From positions 244,404,001-244,468,000 of the forward strand of contig OZ024740.1 in the NCBI GenBank assembly GCA_964016885.1: 64,000 nt of DNA, read 5' to 3'. The first letter of the stretch is position 1; every line of letters begins with the position of its first letter. Shown piece by piece: positions 22,885 to 35,729 of the stretch. Origin of the DNA: Eledone cirrhosa (lineage: Eukaryota). The translations under genes were made by a program, and so were the position numbers. The notes under the pieces were generated by a model, which worked only from the letters and a program-made list of their open reading frames with translations, was not told where the DNA came from and did not search any database.

Positions 22885-25285
22885 CATCATCATCGTTTAA
22901 CGTCTATCTTCCACGCTAGCAAGGGTTTAGATGCGAATTGTCCCACTTGAGGCAAGATTGGTCGGGTGACCATGTCTCACTCGTATAGGATTGTCGGGCA
23001 GGTTTTCTACGGCTGGATGCTCTTCCTAACACCAACCACGTTTACAGTGTGGAATGGGAGGTTTTTACCGTGTCACCTACACAACCACTTTACAGAGAAA
23101 GGGTGGTGTTGGTGGAAGTGTGTGTGGGGGGGGGGGAGTAGTGGCATGGATGCTTCATTGCTCTCCAGTCTGTGCAGGTCCTCTGCACACAATGCCCATG
23201 TCTCACTGCCATGTAACATTGCTGTTCATATACAGGCATCATACAATCTGCCTTTCATTTTTAGAGAGAAACATTTAGTGGCCAATAGTGGTATAAGCTC
23301 TCTGAACTTTTTACATCCCGTTCTACTGTACTTTCAGAGCATCCTCCACCACTGCTGATTTTATCACCCAGGTAATGGGAGGTGTCCACTATTTCTATAG
23401 AACCATCTGGGCAATAGAAGGAGCTAGTATCCTGTGGGTACTTGCTACTTATTGCACCTGAGCATTGGCCACATATAAAATCTACATTCTTAGATAGCTT
23501 ACCTGTGATCCCACTACATCTTTTATGTACCCATAGTTTGCATTTGGGACATAAAATTGAATTTCTACCTACTCCTTTCCTACACACGGAGCATGGCCAT
23601 TTCCAGAGGGTACCTGTGCCATATTTTCCTTTATACATACTAGAACTTTAGTCATAGACAAGTTAACTTTAAGGCCTTTTGATTCTAGGCCATGCTTCCA
23701 TGTTTCGAATTTCTTCTCTAGTTCAGCCATAGATTCAGCTATGAGAATTAGATCACCTGTGTATAGAAGTTCTCATGGGCAGCCAGTCTTAAACCCCTCT
23801 GTTATAGCCTGTAGGACAATAATAAATATGATGGGGCTAAGGACAGAGCCTTGATGAACCTTTAAGCTAAATTCTTCACTATATTTGTTGTTAACCAGAT
23901 AATAGAGCGGGGGAATCTGTCAAAGGCTTTCTCCAAGTCAACGAAAGCTAAGTATAGGGGTTTACTTTTAGCTAGGTACTTCTCCTGTAGTTGTCGTACA
24001 AGGAAAAGAGCATCTGTGGTACTTTTACCTGACACAAACCCAAACTGCATTTCACCTAGATCAATTCGCTCTCTGATTAGTTGCGCTATAACTCTTTCTG
24101 TGACCTTCATCACCAGGTCAACTAATTTAATGCCTCTCTCTAGCGAATCTCCTTTACCCTTGTAGCAGTTAATGATGATGCTGCTACACCAGTCATTTGG
24201 TATGACCCCATTCTGTATGACTTGGTTTACTATCCGGGTGACCATAGTGTGTCCCACCATTCCAGATGCTTTCAGCATTTCAGAAACTATCTCTGAAGGC
24301 CCAGCTGCCTTGCCTGTCTTCATATCTTTGATTGCCTTACTTATTATACTACTTTTAACTTGCACTGCTGGTCCCTCTATTGGATCAATTTGGGGCAGAC
24401 TATCTTTTTCCCATTTATTCTCCTCATTTAGTAGTCTCTCGTAGTGACACTTCTAAGCTACCTTCTTATCAGCATCAGTTATGGCAAGTACACCATCATC
24501 ATTACGGACACACTTCTCCCCGACAATATCACGGTTTTCCTTGACACATTGTCATACAATCCTGAACACCTCACGTTCTTGGTCCTTGCATTGTAGAACA
24601 TGCTTGTACTTTCTTTCCTCTGCTTCCCTTTTTGCAAAGTACACTTGTCTCCTAGCTTCTCTCCTGGCCACTTGATAGTGTTCTCTATTTCCCCCATCCC
24701 ACCATACTTTCCAAGCCTGCTTTTTGGCCTTGATTGACTCCTCCACCTTACTGTTCCACCACCAAGTTACTCTCCTCCTGCCTATAGGTCTGCTCCAGCC
24801 ACAGATTGCATCTGTTGCCTTCAGCAGGTTAACTTTCAGGAATTCACACTGTTCCTCTATACTGTACGTCTCTAATTGCTCTTCCTTACTGTCAAAAGCA
24901 TCAAGTAATATGCTTTTATATTTGTTACTGGCTGTGGGGTCTTTAACTTCCATATTCTTCTCCTCAGGGTAGTCCTCCTCTGTTGTTGAGTACATTTAGT
25001 CCTGACTATGAGGTCACTAACTATGAGGCTATGTTGGGAGGTACATACTTCACGGGCGAGGGATTTAGTGTTTACGACAGACACTCTATCACGTCTTCTA
25101 GTAAGGATATAATCTATCTGACTGGCATGTTCCCCTGATCTATAGGTGATCAAGTGATTGTCTCGTTTTTTGAAATTTATGTTACAGATAGTTAGGTTAT
25201 TAGCATCACAGAATTCCAGATTCTGAAGCCTTCCTCATTTCTAGTACCAAACCCATAGCCTCCATGGATTCCGTCATAGCCATCA
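22885..25285 (-). mobile_element. RTE LINE (family B) with internal deletions
   Basis: APE end (SQIDYILTR, SQHSLIV), RT ORF 23862..24365, zinc-finger ORF 23261..23638, 3' UTR and tail. Confidence 0.93.
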
Positions 25286-25309
25286 CAACAACAACAACAA
25301 AAAAGAGTC

Positions 25310-26075
25310 TTGTACTCTGTCAATTAACACCAATGAAACGAGGAAGTCAGAATCATTCCCTCTACAACAACAGTAAACACACCCACAGTCATCTATGAGG
25401 CTGAAATTACATCCACTCGACCAAATCAACAGCAGAAGATCAAAATATATGTAGGTATGTCAGAGGACCAGTTTAAAGAACGCTTGCTTAACCATCAAAC
25501 AACCTTTAGACACTTTAACAAGCAATCATTCACAAAGATGGCAACTCAAGGATGCAGACGTGAACTTCTCCATCCAATGGAAAATCCTCACCAAATCAAG
25601 ACCATACAGAAATGGAACAGGATCCTGTAAGGTGTGCATTGATGAAAGAGTAAATATCTTGTAGAGGATATGTAACAGTGCTTGACTTAACATGAGAACC
25701 AAATTTTTTAATTACTGCCCTTATGCTGCAAAATTTCTATTGCATAACTGGAAGGACCCAAGATAACCAGAAGTTTAACCCGGACTGAACTATCACAAGG
25801 GATCACTCTTGAAAAGTTGTCCCCCTTTACAACAGTCACACTCAAGTTGTCTCCCTTGTCATTCAACTACCAATATCTGCCAAGCAGAATCCAGCCAGCT
25901 CATAAATATTTCTGTTCTCACTATAACTATACACGAGTTGAAGAATCCTTTGGGTGAAATGCATGTTCTCAAGTTTGGTTTGCTAATTTGTTGTGGAACT
26001 AACTCCATACTGAACTCGACCTTTAGACTGAGTTCTCTATCAACTTTGGATATAACCTCCTGGTATTTTACCACT
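25310..26075 (+). mobile_element. PLE 3' fragment: GIY-YIG remnant plus pLTR
   Basis: VIYEAEI...IYVGMSEDQFKERLLNHQTTF...WQLKD...IQWKIL...CKVCIDE...NMRT..NYCP...NWK; ends in (TA)n. Confidence 0.8.
25934..25971 (+). ncRNA. Degenerate minimal hammerhead ribozyme
   Basis: gag-TTGAAGA-atcc-ttt-gggt-GAAA-t-gcat-g-TT-ctc, about 180 bp downstream of the GIY-YIG ORF end. Confidence 0.55.
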
Positions 26076-26744
26076 ATATATATATATATACACACATTGT
26101 ATTTTCTCATATTATGCAAAAAATGTTTTCAAAGGTTGGTCATATACATGAGTACATATCCTTAAACATTTTTACTGAGTTTAAAAATACTCATTTCAAA
26201 GGACAAGATGGTAAATATGTGTTCATAACAATTATTTACAAATGGTATTGGATATATCAACAGTATTTGATATTTGAGAATCTGTATAACTGAATGTCAC
26301 TTGTCTCAAAAACAGGAAAATTGAATGAAATAAATTAGTAAGTAACTACATAAGATCTGTCATGTTACATTCTTTAACATCTTGAAAAATTGACTATTGT
26401 AGTGAACAATATATGAATGACTGAAATTTTGATGGTACAAGTTTTAAAAAAATTTACATATACATGGGTGTAATTTGGGTCATATTATACGCATGTCATA
26501 CAAGTACAGGCATATATATGTAATTTTTAAAATGAATGTATACATATTTGTGGTGTCCCAATGTACACTGGAATGAATGTTATCGACTTTAATGCATTGA
26601 AACTGTAATAATTTCAAGAGGCTGACTGAGGAGATGAGACCGTCCATCTTTCTGTTGTTACTTTTTCCATTGTCTTTCTCTCGTGCACTCCCTATTTTGA
26701 ATTTATATATATATATGTATATATGTGTGTGTGTGTGTGTGTGC

Positions 26745-26990
26745 GTCATCATCATCATCGTTTAACGTTTATCTTCCACGCTAGCATGGGTTAGATGGGT
26801 TTGTCCCATTTAGAGGTAAGTTGGTTTGAGTGACCGTGTCTCGCTCACATATGACTGTTTCTGGCAGATTTGCCACGGCTGGATGCCCTTCCTAGCGCCA
26901 ACCACATTTACAGTGTGTGCTGGGTACTTTTGCCGTGTATTTTACATGGCCACTTTACAGTGTAGACTGAATGTTTTGTGGTACCAGCAT
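26745..26990 (-). mobile_element. RTE 3' UTR fragment
   Basis: (CAT)n tail and ggctggatgcccttcct motif. Confidence 0.8.
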
Positions 26991-27254
26991 AATATACATA
27001 TATATATATATATATATATACATGCATATATCATGATAATGATATACACATATATTTGCATGCATATACATATACCATATATATAATATACATACACATA
27101 TCATACATATACACATATATATACTTCATACATATACACATTTATATACATCATCAACATCTTCGTTTAACATCCATCTTCAATCAACAACATCATCATC
27201 ATCGTTTAGCATGGAAAATGGACGTTAATGATGATGATAATGATGATGATGTAT

Positions 27255-27593
27255 ATCATCATCATCATCATCATTTCATTTTACGTCCGCTTTTCCCTGC
27301 TTGCAAGGGTGGGACGGGAACTGATTCTGGCTTGATTTCTACAGCTGGATACCCTTCCTAACACCAACCTCATTTACAGTGAGTGCTGGGTGCTTTTTTG
27401 CCGTGGCACCTCCACGACCACTTTGCAGTGGAATGATAGGGACCTATCATCTCATTTCTACAGCTGAGTAAACTGGAGCAATGTGAAATAAAGTGTCTTG
27501 CTCAAGGAAACAACACATCACCCGGTCTGAAAATTGAACTCACAACCTTTCGATTGCAAGGCCAATGCTCTAACCACTAAGCCAAGTGCCTCC
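27255..27593 (-). mobile_element. SINE family 2
   Basis: Reverse complement of 53216-53555. Confidence 0.9.
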
Positions 27594-28145
27594 ATATATA
27601 TATATAAATCTCTTCACTGAATTGTGAAACAGTTCTACCTGAAAGCTGTCTGGATGTTTGATAGTTATCATAGTAGGTTTGTATATCTTGATTTATCCTT
27701 TTAATTGAGTTCTGTATTTTCTTCACTCTGGCAGGTTCTGTCCCTTATGATTTGAACACATATATTTATACATCTGTGTTCATCTCTCTTTACTGTGTTA
27801 TATATATATATATGATATTCAAATCAGCAAACAGCGAAAGACGCCTTCCGGACTTGTCCGACAGACAACCTTTTCCCCAACCCCGGAAAAAACCCCAGTT
27901 GATGGATGTGAATCCGAAATATATAGGGACTATTAAATCTCTCCCAAGGTAACTCTCTCTTGTGTTGTTATTTTTATTATTTTTATCCGTTTACTCTTCC
28001 CTCCATTCTACACATCTCACACATCTTATACACACCACGCATCTCAACATACACCCACTTACATCTCTCTCTCCACCACCGGACCTTGTTACTCGGAGAT
28101 TTACCCATTTGCATTGTCGAGGCTTCCAAACGACTTATAGATATT

Positions 28146-28192
<47 letters not shown>

Positions 28193-28403
28193 TAAAATAA
28201 CACATTAAAGTTTAAGCAAAGAATTATTACTATATATATATATATATAAATTTTGAGTATATGTTGGTTGTTTACCGACACCTCAGTATGCAAATTGGAG
28301 CACTCGACGAAGTACGCAGGCTGGTTTGTTTACTCCAGAGTAATGTAAAATAATTAAGTCAAATATGTAAAATTTAGCTTCGTTTATTACAAATTATAGA
28401 TAT

Positions 28404-28458
28404 ACTGCTATATATATTTCAGTGACAGCCATCATTGACTGTCACCTCTTCAGGCAGT
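28404..28458 (-). ncRNA. Intact minimal type I hammerhead ribozyme (PLE type)
   Basis: Minus strand actgc-CTGAAGA-ggtgacag-tcaatgatgg-ctgtcact-GAAA-t-ATAT-a-TA-gcagt: full core, 5-bp stem I, at least 8-bp stem II, 1-bp stem III with palindromic loop. Confidence 0.85.
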
Positions 28459-28845
28459 CCGAATTGGTGTGGGAAAGACAGGTACACATGTTGGTGAAGT
28501 GTGTTTTACTCCGTCAATCCATCGATATGTCCAGCTCCTGGTAGTGTTGTTATTTCTCTAAGGAACTGGAATCCTTCCAGTTCTGTGATACACACATACA
28601 CAGCTGCAGAGGTCATTAAAACATTCAAATTAAAATCCTCTAATCACAACACTGTCCTAATTCATTGTAAACTAAATTACTAAATTATTGGGGAAGGGTT
28701 CATAACTATGCCCAATTACAGGGCAGAGAGGTCATATTTACTCACATACTATTAATTTTTCAACTTACTCATCTAAGAAGCTAACACTTATGATCAGGAT
28801 CTAGTACCTTACACTCCCATAAGTCTACCCATTAAATTACATCCT

Positions 28846-29078
28846 TTAACCTTTTCACCAGCACTGTATTTCTAATGAAATATAATCTATTTCAATTGTT
28901 TAATGAAGGGTTTTGAGGGATTTACTAAAATTATTATTTCATTTCTAAAACAGTAGCTTAACATGTGTATTTTTTTATATAAAATTATGTTGGAGTATTT
29001 TCATTTAAATAGGAAACTTTTAAAATTTGTAGAATTGTTTCATAGAACCAGAGGTAGTTTGGTATCTAAAAGGTTAAA
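28846..29078. mobile_element. TTAA-ended piggyBac-like MITE; related ends at ~7352, ~40750, 49897, 50101
   Basis: ttaacctttt ... aaaaggttaa termini. Confidence 0.55.
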
Positions 29079-29369
29079 TCTACTACGTACATTACACCCT
29101 ATGTTATCAATTAATGTAGTGCTATCTAATTTTTTGCATGTACTCTATGATGTGGCTTCTTGTGTGGGTATATAGTAAACCAATAGGAAAGTAATGGGCT
29201 TGTGTGATGGATGTAACAATTCTGGTTATGAAGTTTACAACTTTCATCTCTATATTGAAATTTATATATCACATTGATCATCTGCATTTCATTGAGAAAT
29301 TTTAAATCAGGTGTCCATAATTTCCTACAACTCCCATGATACTTTATGGCCACTGCTAAGCACATTACC

Positions 29370-30568
29370 AATATGTCATTAGACTGATGGCGAAACTCTC
29401 TGCAATGGGTGTGAGGGATGATCTTTTTAACTGGTTGAAATCCTTCATTCTCAGCCGAAAAGAGGTAGTCATGGTTCTAGGACAGCATTCTTCACCATAT
29501 GAGATGTCATCTGGTGTACCACAGGGATCTGTTCTTGGTCCCCTTGTATTTGTTGCATACATTAATGACATAGATGCCAACTTAAAGAATGCCACAGTAC
29601 TGAAATATGCAGATGACATCAAGTTGTACCTTGAAATCAAAATGACAGATCCTGAAATCTATAAATCTTTCCTACAATCAGACCTGGACACAATGCAGCA
29701 ATGGATCACAGACTGGCAACTGAAGCTGGCTGTGGACAAGTGTACCACCATGCATTTTGGGAGGAAAAATCCAGCGTCCACATACTCCCTCCACAACACT
29801 GATATCAAGAAGTCCTCTTGTGAACGTGACCTGGGCATTACTGTCAGCAGTGATTTGTGTTGGACAAAGCACATCTCTAAAATTGTCAAGAAGGCCGAGG
29901 GTGTCTTGGCATCACTCAGCAAGACCTTTGTTAGCCGCTCTTCAGCCATCTATTTAAAGCTCTATACAGCTATGGTACGACCACACTTGGAATTTGCATC
30001 ATCAGTCTGGAACCCCTATCTTGCTCAGAACATGGACCTCCTGGAAACTGTTCAGAGACATGCAACCCAGCGCATACCCTCCATCAGACACCTATTATAC
30101 TCTGAACGCCTTGCTTCCCTGGACATGGATTCATTGAAGCTCCAACGTCTGGCAATGAACTTGGTAAACACCCACAAAATTATTAACCATCTCACAAACA
30201 ACAACCCTGAGCACCTTTTTGATCTCCATGTGTCTAACACAGTGCCTACAAAGTCAGAAAACAGCACAGCTCCCATGACTTTCAGAAACATTTTTTCACG
30301 CTTAGAGTTGCTGAAGCATAGAACAAACTGCCTGCGTCAGTTGTTAGCTGCCGAGACACTGCATCCTTTAAAACCCTCATGCTTCCCAAAATTCGCCAAA
30401 TCTACACCTGATGTCCCCCTTCCATACACATGCACACATGTATATCATGACTCATGCAATGTTAATTTTCCTGACGTTTGTACATTACCATATGTACTAT
30501 ACATACACTTTTGATGAGTTGTAGTGCACCTGAGCACTGTACACAATATTTTCATTATTATTATTATT
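29370..30568 (+). mobile_element. CR1-group LINE, 5'-truncated RT
   Basis: SGVPQGSVLGP, YADDIKLY, ERDLGI, RPHLEFA..VWNPY, LETVQR; (ATT)n tail at ~30555. Confidence 0.9.
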
Positions 30569-31051
30569 TCTATGACAATTCTGGTTCTCAAAATGGGGCT
30601 TAGAAGGCCTTGAAACATTAATACACAAATCGATTTAGGAACAGTATGTAAAAATAAATAAGGAAATACAAAAAATCCGTAATAAAAATGATCAAATTGA
30701 AGCACAAACATATTCTCAATGTGACCTGCTTGAACAAAAAGCTGTTCCACTTGTCCAATTGGTTGAAATGTCCTGATCTTTACTATTGTCGTCTTGTTCA
30801 GTATTGTGTTTTTATCCCAATAAGCTCTCACAGCTTAGCGATTACTGGTGCCCAGAGGAAAGTAACACTGTCTTTTAAAACACCCCAAACTACAAAGACA
30901 CCCAATAGACAACTGACGAGTGTCCATCTTCTCCAAGTTTTATGTGTCCCTCATTTGTACCACATGTTAAATTTGGACTTATATTGTTATCATAAAGGAC
31001 ACAGCCTGTTTTTGAAACCTAAACTGCTGTTTACTATTACTGCTGTGACAT

Positions 31052-31088
<37 letters not shown>

Positions 31089-31624
31089 GTTCTGCCTTCT
31101 GTGTCTATACATGACATATGTGTCTCATACAACTGTTTTGACCCCACCACCTGTTGTTCTACAATCTTCCTATCATGTCTCTTTCTCACTCTTTTGTAAC
31201 TGTCAATGTGGTCAGTTCACTTTGCTTCATCTCTTCTTTGTCTCTCATTAATATTAGTTCCAGGGCCATGTTCAAACTAATTTGTAATAATTTGTCTACA
31301 GTTGCCTACCTACGTTTGTTTGCCATGTTTTTTCCTACGTACTATTATTGTAGGAGTTTTCCTGCCTTACATCGGTATGTACATTTTTCATCTTCTTTCA
31401 GCCTTGTCTTGTCCAGGATCAATAGGATTTTAATTCCAAGTATGTCTCCCTCCATAGAGATTATAGGTGTACTGGAAAGATTATAACTGTATTTTAAAGC
31501 ATCTGAAACTACAAAGACACCCAGTGGGAATTCTCCATGAGTGAGAATTCTCCATGTGTCCATCTTCTCCAAATTTTCTGTGTCCCTTATTAGTCCCATG
31601 TATTAATTTTGAACATATATATAT

Positions 31625-32270
31625 ATGTGGTTGGCATTAACAAGGGCATCCAGCTATAGAAACCAAGCCAAAATCAGTTCAGTATGAGCAAGACGTGGTC
31701 ACCTAATCTAGCATTGCTTACAATAGGACAACTCATCTAACCCATGCTAGCATGGAAAAATGGGTGTTAAGCAGTAATGATGAAGATACATCATCATCAT
31801 CATCGTTTAACGTCTCTCTTCCATGCTAGCATGGGTTTAGACGGGAATTATCCCACTTGAGGCAAGATTGGTCAGGTGACCGTGTCTCGCTCGTATAGGA
31901 CTGTCTGGCAGGTTTTCTACGGCTGGATGCCCTTCCAAACACCAACCACATTTACTGTGTGGACTGGGAGGTTTTTACCGTGTTACCTACACGGCCACAT
32001 TACAGCGTGGACTGTGTGTTTTTTTGTTGTGACACCTACACAACCTCATTCATTTTGGACTGGATGTTGTGGTACCAATATAACTTTACAGAGAAAGAGT
32101 GGCGTTGGTGGGAGTGGGAGGATGGAGTAGGGGTAGTGGGATGGGGTGTATATTTGGTTAAGAGGTGCCTACTGACTGTAGGTTTTGCTTTGTACATAGG
32201 CAAGGCGGGTCTTCTGTATTACTGCGTGGCACCGAAGAACTCGGTCCAGTGACAGTGTCTTAGAGAGATG
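31625..32270. mobile_element. Two RTE 3' ends joined tail to tail (+31625-31785, -31790-32270)
   Basis: 3' UTR motifs in opposite orientation converge on (GAT)/(CAT) tails. Confidence 0.8.
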
Positions 32271-32319
<49 letters not shown>

Positions 32320-33279
32320 TACCTATATATACATATATGAGTATATGACCGGCTTCCACAGTTTCTGTGAATTAAATTCCCTTACAAGACATTAGTCAAC
32401 TCAAAGGCACTTGCACAAAATACAATGCAGTAAAACTGAACCTAAAAACCATGTGGTTGCAAAGTAAACATCTTAACCACACAACTATGTCATTGCCTGT
32501 GAAAGAGAAAGTGGAAAAATATTTTTGAGGCAGTCAAATAGCATTGCTACTAAAAGAAGCTGCCTGAGGTAGTGGTAGGAAGAAGAAGCAATCAGTAGTT
32601 TAGTTTAACTGACATTTACAGAATAGTGTTGTCATTGATTTTGAGGGAGTGCCGTCTTTGACAAAAGCCTGGAAACTAATGAAATTACCTCACATATCAA
32701 ATGACAGCCATCATCTTCATCTTTTATCCTAATTCCATTTCATTTCATTCCAGATTTTTGCACCTCAAGTAATTTTTCCATAGTGCATTTTACTAGTAAA
32801 GTCGATTACAATTTATACATTTCCTGGTGATATCAATATATCTATTTGCAGATTCTTTATTCATTAGCTTGCCATTTTCAATCTCTCCCTTTACTACACT
32901 CTCAAACACACACAGTGTGTCCCTGTCTATCTCTCTCTTTCAACCTGATTTATCTGTATTTGAAAAAACCATCATACATTTTATTATGATGCAGAACAAA
33001 TTTCTCTTCCCATTCCATTCTATTTTTAATTAATGTAAATTTCGGGATTAGCTTCCCTACCTTTCCTGACCAGAATTAATCACAAAAATATTTTTTTCTT
33101 TTTTTATACTCACTAAAGGTATAATTCTAATTATATAGTTACATTAAATAATTAACAAACTTGATATGCAATAAAATCGAAGACATTTAATGTAACAAAA
33201 CAATGTTATAAATTTCAATAAATTTAGGCATCAAAATATAAATAAAAACATTTATAAGACAATTTCCATGACTCCAATT

Positions 33280-33895
33280 AGCTATTGGACAGGATGCTTT
33301 GCAGCATAGAGTTACGGCCCTTTATGTTCAGAGTTCAAATCCCACTGTGGTTAGCTTTGCCTTTCAACCTTTTGGGGTTGATAAAATAAAGTATCAGTCA
33401 GACACTGGGGTCAACTTAATCAACTTTCCCTTCCTAAAAAAAATTGCTGGCCTTGTGCCTTAATCAGAAACCATTATTATTATTATTAGCAGTGGATTGG
33501 TAGAACCATTAGTGTCAGAAAAGATGCCTTGAGCTTTTTTCTGTGGTTCAATACATTGTTAGTTCAAACCCTGCTGAAGCCATCTTTGCGATTCATATTT
33601 CCAGGATTAATAAAATTAAGAACCAGTCAAGTACTGGAGTCGATGTAATCAACTGTTTCCTTCCCATCAAATTTCTGGCCTTGACCACTGTAAGAAACTA
33701 TTATTGAGAAGGTGATAGATTGGTTAGATTGACACAATCATTGGAATATCAGGCAGTATTTGCTTCGGCTTCTACATTCCGAGGTGAAATCCCACCTGTC
33801 ATCCTTTTGGAGTAAAGTGCTGGAATTTATGTAATCACCTGTTCTCCTGGGCCTCAAATTGATGGCCTTGTGCCTAAATTATAATCTATTATAAT
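33280..33895 (+). mobile_element. Three old head-to-tail SINE family 1-related copies
   Basis: Three repeats of B-box, catccttt..gataaaa..tactgg and tggccttgtgcc..(att)n. Confidence 0.7.
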
Positions 33896-34303
33896 TATTA
33901 TATTTTCCTTTGATCTTGCATTATGTGCAATGACTACCGACTATCAACCAGATACTTAGGGCAGGCATCAATGGTTTTGACAGTTTTCGTAAGCCTTTTT
34001 TTTTTCTTGTTCCGTCCTCACATTCACTGAACAAGACACATTATAAAAGTTGGTACGTAAATAAGTTAAAAACAAATATTATTATTATTATTTTTATTAT
34101 TGTTGTTGTTGTTTTTCCTTTTCCTTCAGTTTTGTTTCCATATTTTGCCGAGTGTCTTCCCGAAACCTAAGGCAGAGAAACTCACTGCATACATTGATAA
34201 GCCTCAAAATAAACACACCAGATTGTTCACATCATACACTTTACACAGTTACAAGTAAATCATTTGCTTTATACATGTGCACATTATCTGTTTAAAATCA
34301 TAT

Positions 34304-34998
34304 TTACAACATAATTGTTTCTACTTTTGGCACAAGGCCAGCAATTACTCCAGTGTATTACTGGTGCTTTATTTTATCGACCCCATAAGGATGAAAGGCA
34401 AAGTTAACTTCAACAGGATTTGAACTCAGAATGTAAAGGACCATAACTATGCTGCAAAGCATGGCATCCAACCCTCTACCGATACTGCCCTTATTTACAA
34501 CATAATTGTTTCTACTTTTGGCACAAGGCCAGCAATTACCCAGTGCATCACTGGTACTTTATTTTATCGACCCCATAAGGATGAAAGACAAAGTTAACCT
34601 CGGCGGGATTTGAACTCAGAATGGCAAGGGCCGTAACTCTATACGTCAAAACATGGCGTCCGACCCTCTACCGATACTGCCAATCCACTTACAACATAAT
34701 TGTTTCTACTTTAGGCACAAGGCCAGCAATTACCCAGTGCATTACTGGTACTTTATTTTATCGACCCCGTAAGGATGAAAGGCAAAGTCAACCTCGGCGG
34801 GATTTGAACTCAGATCGTAAAGGGACATAACTATGCTGGAAAGCATAGCGTCCGACCCTCTACCTATACTGCCAATCTACCGTACAACATAATTGTTTCT
34901 ACTTTTTGGCACAAGGCCAGCAATTATCCCAGTACATTACTGGTACTTTATTTTATCGACCCCGTAAGGATGAAAGGCAAAGTAAACCTCGGCGGGAA
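34304..34998 (-). repeat. Tandem array of ~3.6 young SINE family 1 copies
   Basis: Units start at 34304, 34495, 34689 and 34883, each with tacaacataattgtttctact. Confidence 0.92.
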
Positions 34999-35044
34999 TG
35001 ATGTTCAATCATATAAGAGTGCTCAATTATTTACAACTTACATA

Positions 35045-35725
35045 ATTATGGAATATAATCTAATAAAGTTAAGTAAAAATTTGCATAGATGATAACCTTT
35101 CTCACAGCAATATGTGCTGTACCAGTTAAAACAATTTTTTTAACTTCTTGCTCTGATGGTAAGCCAGGGATCATTCTAAAATAATGTTCTGTTCCTTTTT
35201 TGATCATTCGTAGTGCTCCTACTATCAGTGGTATTGTGACCACCTTAAGATGGTGCAGATGGATAATGCACCGGGTTATTTAGTCATCTGTCAAGTTGCA
35301 ACAAGGACATCTGACAGACAATTCCTTCCTCAAAATGTGAGAGTACCTAGCAATGCTGCCTTTTATATGACACCTAACCTGTATGGTATTCCCAGTTGCT
35401 TTAAGAAGTTTTGAAGTTTCAATAGGATTAACCCTAATGCTCTGATCACAACTTGTATCACTTTCACATTACTGCTCGACTTTCAATTCAGAGTATTTGG
35501 TGATTTTTTTCAATATCCTTACTCCCAATTTTCATGTCATTTCGTATGGCCCTGTCGATGATCTGACAGTATTTGTCTTTTTTGTTCAATTCAACAACAA
35601 TGTCCAGTTGGCAATTTTCAATTAGTCTATCAGTTTGAAAATCATAATCCCAGAATATTGTTGCTTTCCCATCCTCCTGCATTACTTTATAAGGCACATT
35701 CTCCAACCAGTGCCAAAACATTTAT
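35045..35725 (-). mobile_element. R4/Dong-like RLE retrotransposon 3' ends (two C-termini in tandem)
   Basis: IFWDYDFQTDRLIE...LDIVV...IID (RLE); KVIQVVI.ALG...AALLG (~35330-35470); a second VTIPLIVGAL...IVLTGTAHI (35046..35243). Confidence 0.8.
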
Positions 35726-35729
35726 GAGC

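Noticed and set aside
26626-26652. CTGAGGA followed by a gatg/catc hairpin
   Set aside because: GAAA is absent (tttc follows)
32567-32590. tgaggtagt, resembling the let-7 5' end
   Set aside because: Only 9 nt match and no precursor hairpin
34304-34998. Regularly spaced repeats as a CRISPR array
   Set aside because: Whole ~192-bp units repeat with no unique spacers; eukaryotic SINE context; no cas genes
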